Positions 29,344-39,376 of a stretch of 64,000 bases of DNA are shown here, one piece after another. This stretch comes from a virus, in IMG/VR virus record IMGVR_UViG_3300020182_000010, positions 32,001 to 96,000 of that record. One strand, written 5' to 3'. The notes under the pieces were generated by a model. It made no database searches. It was not told the origin of the DNA and saw only the letters and a program-made list of their open reading frames with translations. Position 1 is the first letter of the stretch. The number at the start of each line of letters is the position of its first letter. A program made the position numbers and the translations under genes.

Positions 29344-30073
29344 TTATTCCTCGTAGTTTATTATTAGTTTTTATAACTTGTCTTATGATATCACTATCTG
29401 AAAATTCTAAAAATGCTTCTGTATCTTTGGGAAAACAATGTCCACTGTAACCCAATCCACCTTCATCATTTGGCGCTGACATATGTGATGGTCCTATGTT
29501 CTCAAATTTTCTAAGAATATCTATCATTGAGTTATGATTATAATCATTAGACATTTTACTATATATCTCATGGAAAAATGCAACTTTCATTGCTAACCAA
29601 TTATTATGGACATATTTAACCATACTAGAAGTTATTCTATCTGTATAAATGAATTCAGCATTGGGAAGATAATTAAATACCTGTTCCCATTTGTAACATT
29701 CTATCTGATATCCGCCTAGAATGAAATTAGTTTGTTCATTAAAATCTTTCTGGGCAGATTTCGCTTTTAGAAATTCTGGATTATAAGTTACATTTTTGCC
29801 ATATGTTTTTAATAAGTAGGGGTCTACAGTAGACTTGAGAAGAACTGAGAGGTCACCTAATTGATCCAATACTGACCTTATAATACTATCATCACATTTT
29901 CCATCAACAGAAGGTGTAGGAACACAAATGATAGCACTGGTAGCTTTATCCAAATAATCTTCTATTTTATTATCATTATACTTGGGATCAATTCGCACTA
30001 CATTCGTATTATTACTTTCTAAACTTTGTGCGACTGCTTCACCTACATAACCACATCCAATAATGAGTATCAT
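29321..30073 (-). CDS. UDP-glucose/GDP-mannose dehydrogenase family protein
   Basis: GCGYVG, CVPTP, KSTV, NPEFL, KY..N, GHCFPKD. Confidence 0.9.
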   Translation of the reverse strand: MILIIGCGYVGEAVAQSLESNNTNVVRIDPKYNDNKIEDYLDKATSAIICVPTPSVDGKCDDSIIRSVLDQLGDLSVLLKSTVDPYLLKTYGKNVTYNPEFLKAKSAQKDFNEQTNFILGGYQIECYKWEQVFNYLPNAEFIYTDRITSSMVKYVHNNWLAMKVAFFHEIYSKMSNDYNHNSMIDILRKFENIGPSHMSAPNDEGGLGYSGHCFPKDTEAFLEFSDSDIIRQVIKTNNKLRGINDNTRND

Positions 30074-30831
30074 TCACTTCATCCTCTTTACTTTCATTTT
30101 CAATAATAAATTCTTTTAGTTTCATAATTTCATTACAATAGTAACTATATTTTCGTAATGCATCAATATTTTCAGTTTCAATGAATTCTCGGCTATACTT
30201 ATCTGCCTGTTTAGTTAGTTCAATGATCCTTAACTCATATCTTTTTCTTAATTTAAACTTATAACTACTCATTCTTATTTTCATTATTATTTTCTTCTTT
30301 TAATTCTGCAAGAGTTTTCTTTTCCCGTATTGCATCCTGTAAATCAAACACCTGTTCATTTTCTATCATCTTAATAATAGTATTTGTAGTTCCTATATCC
30401 TGCTGAATCATACCCAATTTAAACATTAATTTTTCTAATTCTTTTTGATAGAATTCTAATTCTCTTTCTTTTAGGGCACGTTTTTCATAAATGTCTGCTA
30501 GATTAATAATTAATTTTGGGGCAGTAGTAATATCTACTTCGATGTCTTCTGGCTTTATTATTTTCTTCATAATAAATTACTCCTATTACTATTAGTAATT
30601 ATCATTTTTTAAAATAGCCCACATTTCATCAATTCTATAGTTTTTAATATATTCATCCTCATTAGAATATTTGGAAGTTTTTTTTAATTTTTCTTCAATA
30701 TACCACAGAATTTGATATAAATCTTTTTTTGCATGCCAACAATTATATCCATCCATTGAATGGTTACTTTCTTGAAATGCGATCTTATCTATTTCATTTT
30801 TAATATTTTGTAAGTCCCAATCTTTAATCAT
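30070..30831 (-). other. three small hypothetical ORFs (about 30039-30284, 30265-30570, 30592-30831)
   Basis: co-oriented coiled-coil ORFs. Confidence 0.6.
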
Positions 30832-31307
30832 AGTTTAGACCAAACATCAACATAGACTCCATCAGTAATACCACTATCTATTAACGTAAAATTCTCTTCA
30901 ATCAATGTACTGGGCAAAAAGGTATCACAATCATATGATCCACTAATACGACTTAAATGAAATTCATCAATAATTGGAAATAATCCCATAACTAATTTTG
31001 CGCCGCCAATGATCCAAACATTCTGTAGTTTACTCATATTAGTAATTTCAGTTATGGCATTGTCAAACTTAATATAATGATATCCACCCTTATCTTTGTC
31101 TAGTTCGCTGCTTGTAACGACAATATTATTACGATTGGGCAATGGCTTTACGGGCAAACTATCCCATGTACTTTTTCCCATTACTACAACGCAACCAGTT
31201 GTGGTATTTTTAAACCACTTCATATCAGCAGAATTATGTGGCCACGGAAGTCCACCATCTTTGCCGATACCCCAATTTTGATCACATGCTAGTATTACTC
31301 TAATCAA
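30828..31307 (-). CDS. folA: dihydrofolate reductase
   Basis: GIGKDGGLPW, DMKWFK, MGKSTW, PLPNR, IIGG, CDTF. Confidence 0.95.
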   Translation of the reverse strand: MIRVILACDQNWGIGKDGGLPWPHNSADMKWFKNTTTGCVVVMGKSTWDSLPVKPLPNRNNIVVTSSELDKDKGGYHYIKFDNAITEITNMSKLQNVWIIGGAKLVMGLFPIIDEFHLSRISGSYDCDTFLPSTLIEENFTLIDSGITDGVYVDVWSKL

Positions 31308-31546
31308 TGATACGTTCTCCCTTTAATATTACTCAACTGGTTTTGTCTGTAATCTGTTACCAATTTTAATACAGCATCTATCTGATGTGGTAATTCTTCA
31401 TTGTCTTCTAAATGATATGGAAGTTGAATACATCTTATGTCACCATCAATATCAAATATAAATGCATAGTCAGTAGAATCTAAATCACTCTCTTCAGCCA
31501 GCCGTGTAATTTTATATTCCTTTAGCGTGTTTTTGTTTTTACTCAT
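31304..31546 (-). CDS. hypothetical protein
   Basis: 80 aa; ATGA overlaps. Confidence 0.65.
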   Translation of the reverse strand: MSKNKNTLKEYKITRLAEESDLDSTDYAFIFDIDGDIRCIQLPYHLEDNEELPHQIDAVLKLVTDYRQNQLSNIKGRTYH

Positions 31547-31820
31547 TGATTAAACTGCTCCAGGTTTTTAACTTTTCTCTCTTAACTTTCATTCTAACAT
31601 TTAATTCTTCTTCTGCCAAGATACCTTGTTCTATCATTAGTTCAATCATACACATTACATCACCTGCTTCTTCAACAAGTTTATGTTTCCATTTATCCTG
31701 TATTTCTTCTTTATATCTATATTTACGTAGGTGTTTCATACAAACTTGTGTTAGTTCTCCACACTCTTCTGCGGTGATAGCCATTAACTGTTGATATGTA
31801 TTTATTGGGGTGTTATTCAT
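31539..31820 (-). CDS. MazG-like nucleotide pyrophosphohydrolase
   Basis: EECGEL...EEAGDV; likely start MNNTP at 31820. Confidence 0.8.
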   Translation of the reverse strand: MNNTPINTYQQLMAITAEECGELTQVCMKHLRKYRYKEEIQDKWKHKLVEEAGDVMCMIELMIEQGILAEEELNVRMKVKREKLKTWSSLINE

Positions 31821-31978
31821 CCTAACACCGTAAGTAATATTATAATTAATACAACCCATCCTAACCAATTAGAGCCGCCGCCAACAAGACCTTTGTTTTT
31901 TGCACAACCATAACAGTATCTATATTTCTTTGGTGTTTGATTACTACAAAAAAATGAATCACATGTTTTTTTACTCAT
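31817..31978 (-). CDS. small Cys-motif membrane protein (53 aa, not in the ORF track)
   Basis: MSKKTCDSFFC...CYGC...GGGSNWLGWVVLIIILLTVLG*. Confidence 0.55.
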   Translation of the reverse strand: MSKKTCDSFFCSNQTPKKYRYCYGCAKNKGLVGGGSNWLGWVVLIIILLTVLG

Positions 31979-32135
31979 TCGTCAAAGAACTCCTGTAGTT
32001 CAGCCAGAACCTTTCTAGCGTCTAGCGGTATTTCCCACATTTCGTCGCTATCGTCATATACAATTATCAAGTCACCACAATCGTCTACTGAGATAGTAGT
32101 GAAGTTACCCATGTCTACTGTTTCATCTACTTTTT

Positions 32136-32570
32136 TCATTTGTAAGCCTTTCCAAATCCTTCTATATAAAGTCTATCTTTTTCCTCAAACCGCCAGATAT
32201 TAAAGTCACTAAAAGTTGCGTACATTTTTGCTCCACGATCTCTGCGATTAAATGCAGATATCATTTCATCTGGTTTGCTATCATATATTTCTAATTTGCC
32301 AAATAATGTAACACGTGGATTATTCATTTCAGTGCTATGTCTACTTTCTCCAACAAAATACAGTGATACATTTTCACTAATATCTCTAATATTTTTGGTA
32401 TGTTGACTCAAATCACTTAGTAACAAATATATATTATTATCATCTAATAGTACTGGTGTTACTTTAGAAATTTCTGCATAAATCTTGCCAGTGGTTCCCA
32501 TAGCGGATTGCTGATAATTCATCAATAGATATTCAACATCATCTTTTACTTTTTCTATATCATGATACAT
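32136..32570 (-). CDS. HugZ/PNPOx-like split-barrel protein
   Basis: LLSDLSQHTKNI, PRVTL.G, FSDF, IEGFGKAY. Confidence 0.8.
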   Translation of the reverse strand: MYHDIEKVKDDVEYLLMNYQQSAMGTTGKIYAEISKVTPVLLDDNNIYLLLSDLSQHTKNIRDISENVSLYFVGESRHSTEMNNPRVTLFGKLEIYDSKPDEMISAFNRRDRGAKMYATFSDFNIWRFEEKDRLYIEGFGKAYK

Positions 32571-32729
32571 CTATATTCTCCCTATAACCATCACTGACAC
32601 CAGTGCCTACTACTTTTTTACTTCCACAATTCTTACAGTAACTTATATTAACAACAAAATTTAACCCATCAGCATTAATTATCTGGCAAGTTTTGCTTAA
32701 TTCTAAATTCATACAACAATGCATTATAC

Positions 32730-32951
32730 TCATTTCGTTATAAACATTCCCTCACTTTTATCCAACGCAAGTAAAAATTCACTAAACATTTTTTGATTTA
32801 TACAAATAGTCCAATGTCTATTTTCAGATTCAACCCATTGAGAAAAATATATACCATCACTTGCAAATCTAATGATAAAGTCATCAACGTTATTATTTTC
32901 ATCCATGATTGTTACTTTAGATAGATCAAATTCGTGTTCGACGGTAAACAT
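32730..32951 (-). CDS. hypothetical protein
   Basis: 73 aa; GAGGA RBS. Confidence 0.7.
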   Translation of the reverse strand: MFTVEHEFDLSKVTIMDENNNVDDFIIRFASDGIYFSQWVESENRHWTICINQKMFSEFLLALDKSEGMFITK

Positions 32952-33964
32952 TATTGTGTTTCCTCCTCAAATGGAATACTTGCTAAGTTTTTTGCTTTTG
33001 CTTCTACCATGATATCAAAATCATTACGAAAACTACCGGCCCATTCATTAACTGCTGAATTCCACATATAGTCACTGTGTGCCCTAAGTTTGCCTTTCTT
33101 GTGTCCAGTTTCGATTAGTTGTTGGAAATCTGGCCTTACATCAGTTTTATGACCAATAAGATAATCCTCACGACTACAACTATAATGCATTGCAGGGCGA
33201 ACTCCTCGCCAACTATCGATAACACGTTTGACACGATCATCATTCGCTTCAATATACTCGCCTTCACGGCACCAATGATGATGAATATCTAGGACAAGAG
33301 CAACATCTTTTTCTAGTTCTAAGCTATCACTGATACCCCATTTGTTTTCGTCATTTTCGATGGTAATACAGTTCCTTGCCTCTTGTGAGAGTTGGGGTAA
33401 GATGGCTTTGATACCGGCTGGACCTTGTCTGCCGGAGATGTGGACATTGATTTTGAAATCCTGAAATTGCTTACCATAGCCCATGTACCGTGCGATATCT
33501 GCATGATATTCAAACTCCTCTACTGAACGCTGAACAATGTCGGGATTGTCACTTGCAAGAACACAGAATTGTCCAGGATGCATTGACATTCTAACATTGT
33601 TCAAACGTGCTTTATTACCTATATTACTTAGCTTAGTTGCAATCATATCTGTAATATAGTTTGTTTTTGTAAGATGCCCAAAGGTTGCTTCTGTGTAAGC
33701 CGGCAGCATATCACTGCCAATACGAAGCATACGTTGTGATAGAGGAAGAGTAGAAACGTAATCAACTAGACGCTCTGTGGCGTTTAGATTATGTTTAACA
33801 ATATCATATACACGGTCTTGTGCTTCTTCTTGGTGTTCACGCATCCACCTGATAGTAGTACCACGATAGTTCAGTGGGCCTTCTATCTCTTTGAGCATCT
33901 TGGGCTTTAGCGTTCTATCATTATGCATGAATTTACACGCAAAGCCAACTCTTTTAATCGTCAT
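32951..33964 (-). CDS. uvsE: UV-damage endonuclease
   Basis: GFAC, RIGSD, SMHPGQF, NVH, IENDE, LDIHH, HYS, RAHSD, MVEAKAK. Confidence 0.93.
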   Translation of the reverse strand: MTIKRVGFACKFMHNDRTLKPKMLKEIEGPLNYRGTTIRWMREHQEEAQDRVYDIVKHNLNATERLVDYVSTLPLSQRMLRIGSDMLPAYTEATFGHLTKTNYITDMIATKLSNIGNKARLNNVRMSMHPGQFCVLASDNPDIVQRSVEEFEYHADIARYMGYGKQFQDFKINVHISGRQGPAGIKAILPQLSQEARNCITIENDENKWGISDSLELEKDVALVLDIHHHWCREGEYIEANDDRVKRVIDSWRGVRPAMHYSCSREDYLIGHKTDVRPDFQQLIETGHKKGKLRAHSDYMWNSAVNEWAGSFRNDFDIMVEAKAKNLASIPFEEETQ

Positions 33965-33966
33965 GG

Positions 33967-34224
33967 TTAAACCTTTTCATCTGTGTGAATAAATCGAATC
34001 ATAGCTTCAACATACATCATTTCAGATGGGACTACAACCGTTTTATTTATAGGAGGGTTAAACCAATGAGTATGATAAGATTGAAATCTTTCATTGCGTT
34101 TTAAACCTTTTAAAACTTTACCACGAATAGTCCATTTTCGTTTGCCACACTCTTGATTTAATAATTTAACAATACTATAGAATTGTTCACGACTTGTAAA
34201 TCCAAATTCAAATTCATGTGTCAT
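33967..34224 (-). CDS. hypothetical protein
   Basis: 85 aa; AGGTG RBS. Confidence 0.7.
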   Translation of the reverse strand: MTHEFEFGFTSREQFYSIVKLLNQECGKRKWTIRGKVLKGLKRNERFQSYHTHWFNPPINKTVVVPSEMMYVEAMIRFIHTDEKV

Positions 34225-34303
34225 ACTTCACCTTTAAATTGCATAGAAGTATTATAAATGATAAATACTTTAAAGTCAATAGTAAACTTAAAGGAATTCG
34301 AAA

Positions 34304-35890
34304 ATGTCAAACATGAAAAAATGGAAGAATATTGTCCAGACTGCAAATCTAAAAGAATCTGATTCAGAGGACGTAAACTATACAGATCATGAAGTATCTA
34401 TGGCAAAATCTCAACTGTTGAGTAGTGTAAAAAGTTCAAAACGAATTGCTAAACATTTGTCTGACAAGTCTGAAGAAGAAGGTCTTCCGGGATGGGTTGC
34501 AAGTAAACTAACAGTAGCAGAAGATTATTTGCAATCAGTTGCAGACTATATGGATGGCGAAGAATTACAAGAAGGCTACAAAGTTATGCCTCCAATGAGT
34601 GATAAGTATATAGCACGTGACGGTCTTGAAGGTCCGTTTAGTACACTTAGTGGCAAAGTAGTTTACTATGATCCAAAAGAAGGCTCATACTATGATCCAG
34701 ATTCTGACATGTATATTTCATATGATGAATTTCAGCAGTATGATAATGATTATAGTGGTATGAAAGATGATCATGACGAAGTTGAAGAAGGTAATGAATT
34801 TAGTGGCGCACTAGAAGATGCTAAAAAATCTGGCAAAAAAGAATTTAAAGTTGGTGGAAAAACATTCCAAGTAGAAAATTATCAAGACCGTTCGAATGCA
34901 GCGGCAGCCACACGCAACCAAATCAAAATAAACAAAAGTAATGCTTCGATGCCACAAGATGCAGTACGTAAAGTATCAGGCAATAGTTCATATACACATG
35001 CAACTAATCCATCTTATATAAAGAAAGCAAATGATCGTAAACATGATGGACTAGGTAAAAATGCAGCGACTATTAAGCGTATGAAACCAGGCGCAGATGG
35101 TAAATTTATATGGGGCAGAGACCAACTAAGTGACGGTACAGTACAAGAAGCAGAAAATGAAACAAAGTACGGCATTGTTCGCTATCCAGATACCGCAATC
35201 TCATACATTAAAAATGATGGCAATGGTTGGGAACATATTTACGACCGCTCATATGGATTTAAAGGTCCTGTTGCCAAAGCAGACTTGAAACATGCTAAGA
35301 AGATTGCAAAAGAAAAGATTCCATCACGAATGATTAATGAATGGGTATGCGGTGATTGTTCTGCTGAACCCTGTCAGTGTAATATTACAGAAGGAATACC
35401 AAAAGATACAACCTATGGAGTAGTAGTTGATGGTGTATATATTGCTAAAGGTAATAAAGCAAATATGCGTAGACTTGCCAAAGAAAAAGATGGTCAACTT
35501 ATGAATGCTCCGGGTAAAAAAGTAGGCGACAAAACTGCTAGTGTCAATGAATCAACAGAAATGAACAAAGAGCATTCGCCAAGTGTTGTAAAGCAAGCCG
35601 TGGCTATTGCTAGTAAAATGGGTGGCAATATGACAGGCGCAACGGCAGCTATTGAAAAGATGAGCCCAGGCTTATCTAAGCACCCACAAGTTGCAGCAGT
35701 TCTAAAAAGAGCAAACGAATCACAAATGATGTCAGAATCACAGTTTGATGAAGCGGCAGGCGAAAAAGATGCTTGCTATCACAAAGTTAAAAGTCGTTAC
35801 AAAGTATGGCCAAGTGCATACGCATCGGGCGCACTAGTAAAGTGTCGTAAAGTTGGTGCTTCTGATTGGGGCAATTCAAAGAAGAAGTAA
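34304..35890 (+). CDS. mosaic late protein, probable capsid-internal polyprotein
   Basis: ATAAATA late promoter at 34261-34267; short unrelated modules bounded by hydrophobic-x-E motifs. Confidence 0.7.
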   Translation: MSNMKKWKNIVQTANLKESDSEDVNYTDHEVSMAKSQLLSSVKSSKRIAKHLSDKSEEEGLPGWVASKLTVAEDYLQSVADYMDGEELQEGYKVMPPMSDKYIARDGLEGPFSTLSGKVVYYDPKEGSYYDPDSDMYISYDEFQQYDNDYSGMKDDHDEVEEGNEFSGALEDAKKSGKKEFKVGGKTFQVENYQDRSNAAAATRNQIKINKSNASMPQDAVRKVSGNSSYTHATNPSYIKKANDRKHDGLGKNAATIKRMKPGADGKFIWGRDQLSDGTVQEAENETKYGIVRYPDTAISYIKNDGNGWEHIYDRSYGFKGPVAKADLKHAKKIAKEKIPSRMINEWVCGDCSAEPCQCNITEGIPKDTTYGVVVDGVYIAKGNKANMRRLAKEKDGQLMNAPGKKVGDKTASVNESTEMNKEHSPSVVKQAVAIASKMGGNMTGATAAIEKMSPGLSKHPQVAAVLKRANESQMMSESQFDEAAGEKDACYHKVKSRYKVWPSAYASGALVKCRKVGASDWGNSKKK

Positions 35891-35891
35891 G

Positions 35892-36908
35892 ATGAAGATT
35901 TCAGAAATCATATCAGAGTCTAAAGAAATTAGAACAAAAAAGAACTCCGACGGGTTTACAATTGATTTAATCGTAGACGGCAAGCATGTTGGACAATACA
36001 CACACGCACGTGAAGATGACATTGTTCGTAATCAAGCAGAGATTTTTCCTGAGTATCGTGCCAAAGGTTACGGTACTATGCTGTTACTTGCGGCAATCAA
36101 AACAGCAAACGATTTAGATTTAGACTTTGAAGAAGATACACAAAGCCTAACACCAGCAATGAGTAGAATATACGATGAACTAGATGATAGTGGTATGATT
36201 TACGGTGGCAGGGGTGCATGGGCTATTAGCCCAAGTGGCGAATCAGAACTTGAAGACTTTTTAAACGAAGATTTACGTGCGTGGTTCGGTAAAGGTAAAA
36301 AAGTATACGAAGCATATGAAATAGAGTTTGTGTGTGTTAATCCTAACTTTTGTGACGCTACAGACCCAAAAAAACAGCAAGCACTGTTTAATGCACTAAA
36401 ACGTGTACCGGGTATTATTGTATACCGTCAAGATTTTGATGTTCATAACAGTATGGCTGCAATCATAAAAGATGAAAGCGACAGTGTTGCACCTGAGAAA
36501 GTACAACAATTAGCCAAACAACATGGTGTTGGTATTGACCTCGAAAACGACATAAGCCAAAGCATGATTGACGATATTGTTACCGGTAGACTGGAAGGTT
36601 TAATTGACTACTACGACACAGACTTAAACGAAGACCTACGTGCTTGGTTTGGCAAAGGTAAAAAAGGCGGTGCTGGCGGCGGCGGCTGGGATCGTTACAA
36701 CACCAATGGCGAACGTATTGGTAAATGTGGAGACTCTAAAGAGGGTGAAGGTAAGCCCAAGTGTCTATCTAAATCACGTGCGGCATCTCTACGTTCAAGT
36801 GGTGGCAAGAAAGCAATTGCTAATGCTGTAAAACGTAAGAAAACAAATGATCCAAATCGTAACCGAAAGGGCAAGGCAAAGAACGTTAACAATCATCCAA
36901 AGAAATAA
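35892..36908 (+). CDS. mosaic late protein with GNAT-like acetyltransferase module
   Basis: start MKISEII; IFPEYRAKGYGTMLL acetyl-CoA motif; LNEDLRAWFGKGKK occurs twice. Confidence 0.75.
   Translation: MKISEIISESKEIRTKKNSDGFTIDLIVDGKHVGQYTHAREDDIVRNQAEIFPEYRAKGYGTMLLLAAIKTANDLDLDFEEDTQSLTPAMSRIYDELDDSGMIYGGRGAWAISPSGESELEDFLNEDLRAWFGKGKKVYEAYEIEFVCVNPNFCDATDPKKQQALFNALKRVPGIIVYRQDFDVHNSMAAIIKDESDSVAPEKVQQLAKQHGVGIDLENDISQSMIDDIVTGRLEGLIDYYDTDLNEDLRAWFGKGKKGGAGGGGWDRYNTNGERIGKCGDSKEGEGKPKCLSKSRAASLRSSGGKKAIANAVKRKKTNDPNRNRKGKAKNVNNHPKK
36261..36666 (+). repeat. imperfect 43-bp direct repeat pair (36261-36303 / 36624-36666)
   Basis: both copies encode LNEDLRAWFGKGKK; the differences are synonymous. 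Confidence 0.9.
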
Positions 36909-36917
36909 GGATATAAA

Positions 36918-37115
36918 ATGGCACACTTGATAGTAACAACAGACTATTCAGTTACATACTGTAACAACTGTGGTGCTGGCTCACATTGTGGCACTAGCAA
37001 GTATACACAATTTAAAGATTATAAGTGTGATGGTGGAGAATTAAGAGAAGTAATTACATGCAGTCATTGCAATTGCAAAAAATGCAAAGGCAAAATTACA
37101 CAAAAGAAGACATAG
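36918..37115 (+). CDS. small Cys-rich protein
   Basis: CNNCG..SHCG...CSHCNCKKC; AAGGA RBS. Confidence 0.75.
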   Translation: MAHLIVTTDYSVTYCNNCGAGSHCGTSKYTQFKDYKCDGGELREVITCSHCNCKKCKGKITQKKT

Positions 37116-37237
37116 AATTATGTATGATTTAAAATTTATAAAAGATTATGTTCACTATTTAAAGTTACACGAAAGATTACGTATGACTACTAATGATAGA
37201 AATAAATTTTGGAATACATATATGAAGGATAAATACG

Positions 37238-38290
37238 ATGAAAATAAATGATATAATTGTAGAAAATAAAGTTAATATGTCAGATGCCGATTTAGAAAAA
37301 GCAATTCGTGATTCTGCAGTAAAAAATAACATTGATCCTGATATTGCAGTTAGAGTATGGCGGCAAGAAGGAGGATCTGCATATCAAAGTAATCTAGTTC
37401 CTAAAAACGATACAACTCGTACAGTTGGTGGCAAAGAAGCTAGTTTTGGACCATTTCAATTATATACAGGTGGCGGATTAGGAAATGATTATGAGAAAAA
37501 ATATGGTGTTAAACTTGTAGATGATAACACACCAGCTGGAATACTTAGACAGATTGACTTTGCTTTGAAGCGTGTAAGAAAATCTGGTTGGACTCCATGG
37601 GCTGGGGCAAAGGCAGCTAAAATTAGCAAATGGCAAGGTGTTGACTTTACTAGTATTCAACAATCAATTTCTAATTCTGGGATAAAGATAGATGTTGATG
37701 GAGCGTATGGTCCAAAAACAAAACAAGCCATTAAAGATTTTCAAACGGCACAAGGGTTAGAAGTTGATGGTATTATTGGACCAAACACACAAGCAGCACT
37801 TAAAAAATTTAATAGTACCAAACCTAAAACTACAGTTGATAAACCAGAAAAAGTAGATATACCAAAACCCGTTGAACCGAAAAAACCTGCGGGAACAACC
37901 GCAGCACCCAAAACAAGTATTAGACCTAATGAAAGACCAACGACTGCAGCACCCAAAACAAGTATTAGACCTAATGAAAGACCAACGACTGCAGCACCCA
38001 AAACAAGTATTAGACCTAATGAAAGACCCACAACATCTGCGCCTACAACAAGTGTTAGACCAGTAGCAAGACCCACAACATCTCCAGATAACTTTGATGG
38101 AATCTCAAATGATACTAAAGATGCGATTGACACAACTATAAAGGCAGTAGTAAAAAAATCTAATATTAATAAAAAACCTAATGTAACTACATCAGTACCT
38201 AAACCAGTGGCACCTAAAAAGTCAAAAAATGATAGTTCAGGAATGATCGCTACTAAAAAAGTTTCTAAAGGCTCAACTAACAAAGATTAA
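37238..38290 (+). CDS. lysozyme-like/transglycosylase with peptidoglycan-binding domain and Pro/Thr repeats
   Basis: RVWRQEG, GPFQL, GWTPW; VDGAYGPKT..AIKDFQ...GLEVDGIIGPNT. Confidence 0.8.
   Translation: MKINDIIVENKVNMSDADLEKAIRDSAVKNNIDPDIAVRVWRQEGGSAYQSNLVPKNDTTRTVGGKEASFGPFQLYTGGGLGNDYEKKYGVKLVDDNTPAGILRQIDFALKRVRKSGWTPWAGAKAAKISKWQGVDFTSIQQSISNSGIKIDVDGAYGPKTKQAIKDFQTAQGLEVDGIIGPNTQAALKKFNSTKPKTTVDKPEKVDIPKPVEPKKPAGTTAAPKTSIRPNERPTTAAPKTSIRPNERPTTAAPKTSIRPNERPTTSAPTTSVRPVARPTTSPDNFDGISNDTKDAIDTTIKAVVKKSNINKKPNVTTSVPKPVAPKKSKNDSSGMIATKKVSKGSTNKD
37895..38074 (+). repeat. 45-bp coding tandem repeat (3 near-perfect units plus 1 degenerate)
   Basis: encodes TTAAPKTSIRPNERP x3 and TTSAPTTSVRPVARP. 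Confidence 0.95.
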
Positions 38291-38328
38291 AGAAGCCAAA
38301 TGCAAAGGATGACAAAGGAAGAATTATT

Positions 38329-38727
38329 ATGAAAATTAATGATATTTTAAATGAGCAATCAAATGCCATTATTGAAGAAATTACTCTTGAAGATACACAA
38401 GATTTTCATGACGAATTTGGATATCTTGGCTATAGCGAAGACGATAGTGATTTATTTGAAGCGGAATATCAAGGGCGTACTGTTAAACTAAACAAACCTA
38501 TGCGTGGGGATGTTAAAAAGTTCAAAGTATATGTAAAGAATGATAAAGGCAATGTAATCAAAGTTAACTTTGGACATGGTGGCACAAGTGCTAAAGCAAA
38601 AGGTGAAAAAACTATGCGAATTAGAGTTTCTAATCCTAAAGCACGTAAGAGTTTTAGAGCAAGACACAATTGTAAAAATCCAGGACCAAAAACTAAAGCA
38701 AGATACTGGTCTTGTAAGGCTTGGTAA
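38329..38727 (+). CDS. basic late protein with acidic pro-segment
   Basis: MKINDIL...LFE|AEYQGR...RKSFRARHNC...ARYWSCKAW. Confidence 0.8.
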   Translation: MKINDILNEQSNAIIEEITLEDTQDFHDEFGYLGYSEDDSDLFEAEYQGRTVKLNKPMRGDVKKFKVYVKNDKGNVIKVNFGHGGTSAKAKGEKTMRIRVSNPKARKSFRARHNCKNPGPKTKARYWSCKAW

Positions 38728-38754
38728 GTAGTATACTGCGAGAGGAAATAGAAA

Positions 38755-39186
38755 ATGAATAATAAATTCAGCATAGGTGTTGTTATTGCAATTGTATTGC
38801 AAGTTAGTGCATTTGTATGGTGGACAGCACAACAAGCACAAACGATTAACCAACTTAATGAACAAGTATCTGAACTTACAAGCCGTATGGCAGTTGAACA
38901 AGAAGTAAACTTACAGCGTGATGTATCGGACTTAAAAGACCAATACCGAGACCTTAAAGAAAAAACACTCGACGGTATCTTAGAAATTGATAAAGTCAGA
39001 TTAACAGAAGATAATCGGTTAGGTGAATATATTGATCGCAGACTAGCAGAACTAATCGGTGAATTACAATCTACATTTGCTCAACATGAATCGTGGATTG
39101 ACGAAATCGACGACGACATTGCAAAACTTGATAAAAAGTTAAGTGACAGAATTAGAGTTATAAAAGAAAAACAACGAGGGGAATAA
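38755..39186 (+). CDS. N-terminal TM plus coiled-coil protein
   Basis: hydrophobic N-terminus, heptad pattern; GAGGA RBS. Confidence 0.7.
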   Translation: MNNKFSIGVVIAIVLQVSAFVWWTAQQAQTINQLNEQVSELTSRMAVEQEVNLQRDVSDLKDQYRDLKEKTLDGILEIDKVRLTEDNRLGEYIDRRLAELIGELQSTFAQHESWIDEIDDDIAKLDKKLSDRIRVIKEKQRGE

Positions 39187-39187
39187 T

Positions 39188-39376
39188 ATGTGGATATTAT
39201 TATGGGTAGCATTGATTCCTAATACTCAACAATTGGCTACATACCAGCTGGGCACATTCGATTTGGAGAGTGCTTGCGGAGAGGCACTCCGTGATGCAAT
39301 GGTATTAGTATCTGATAATATGCAAACAATAGATTGCATTTGGATAGAACCTCCAATTAAATCAAAAAAAAATTAA
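39188..39376 (+). CDS. small secreted Cys-pair protein
   Basis: MWILLW...C...C. Confidence 0.6.
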   Translation: MWILLWVALIPNTQQLATYQLGTFDLESACGEALRDAMVLVSDNMQTIDCIWIEPPIKSKKN

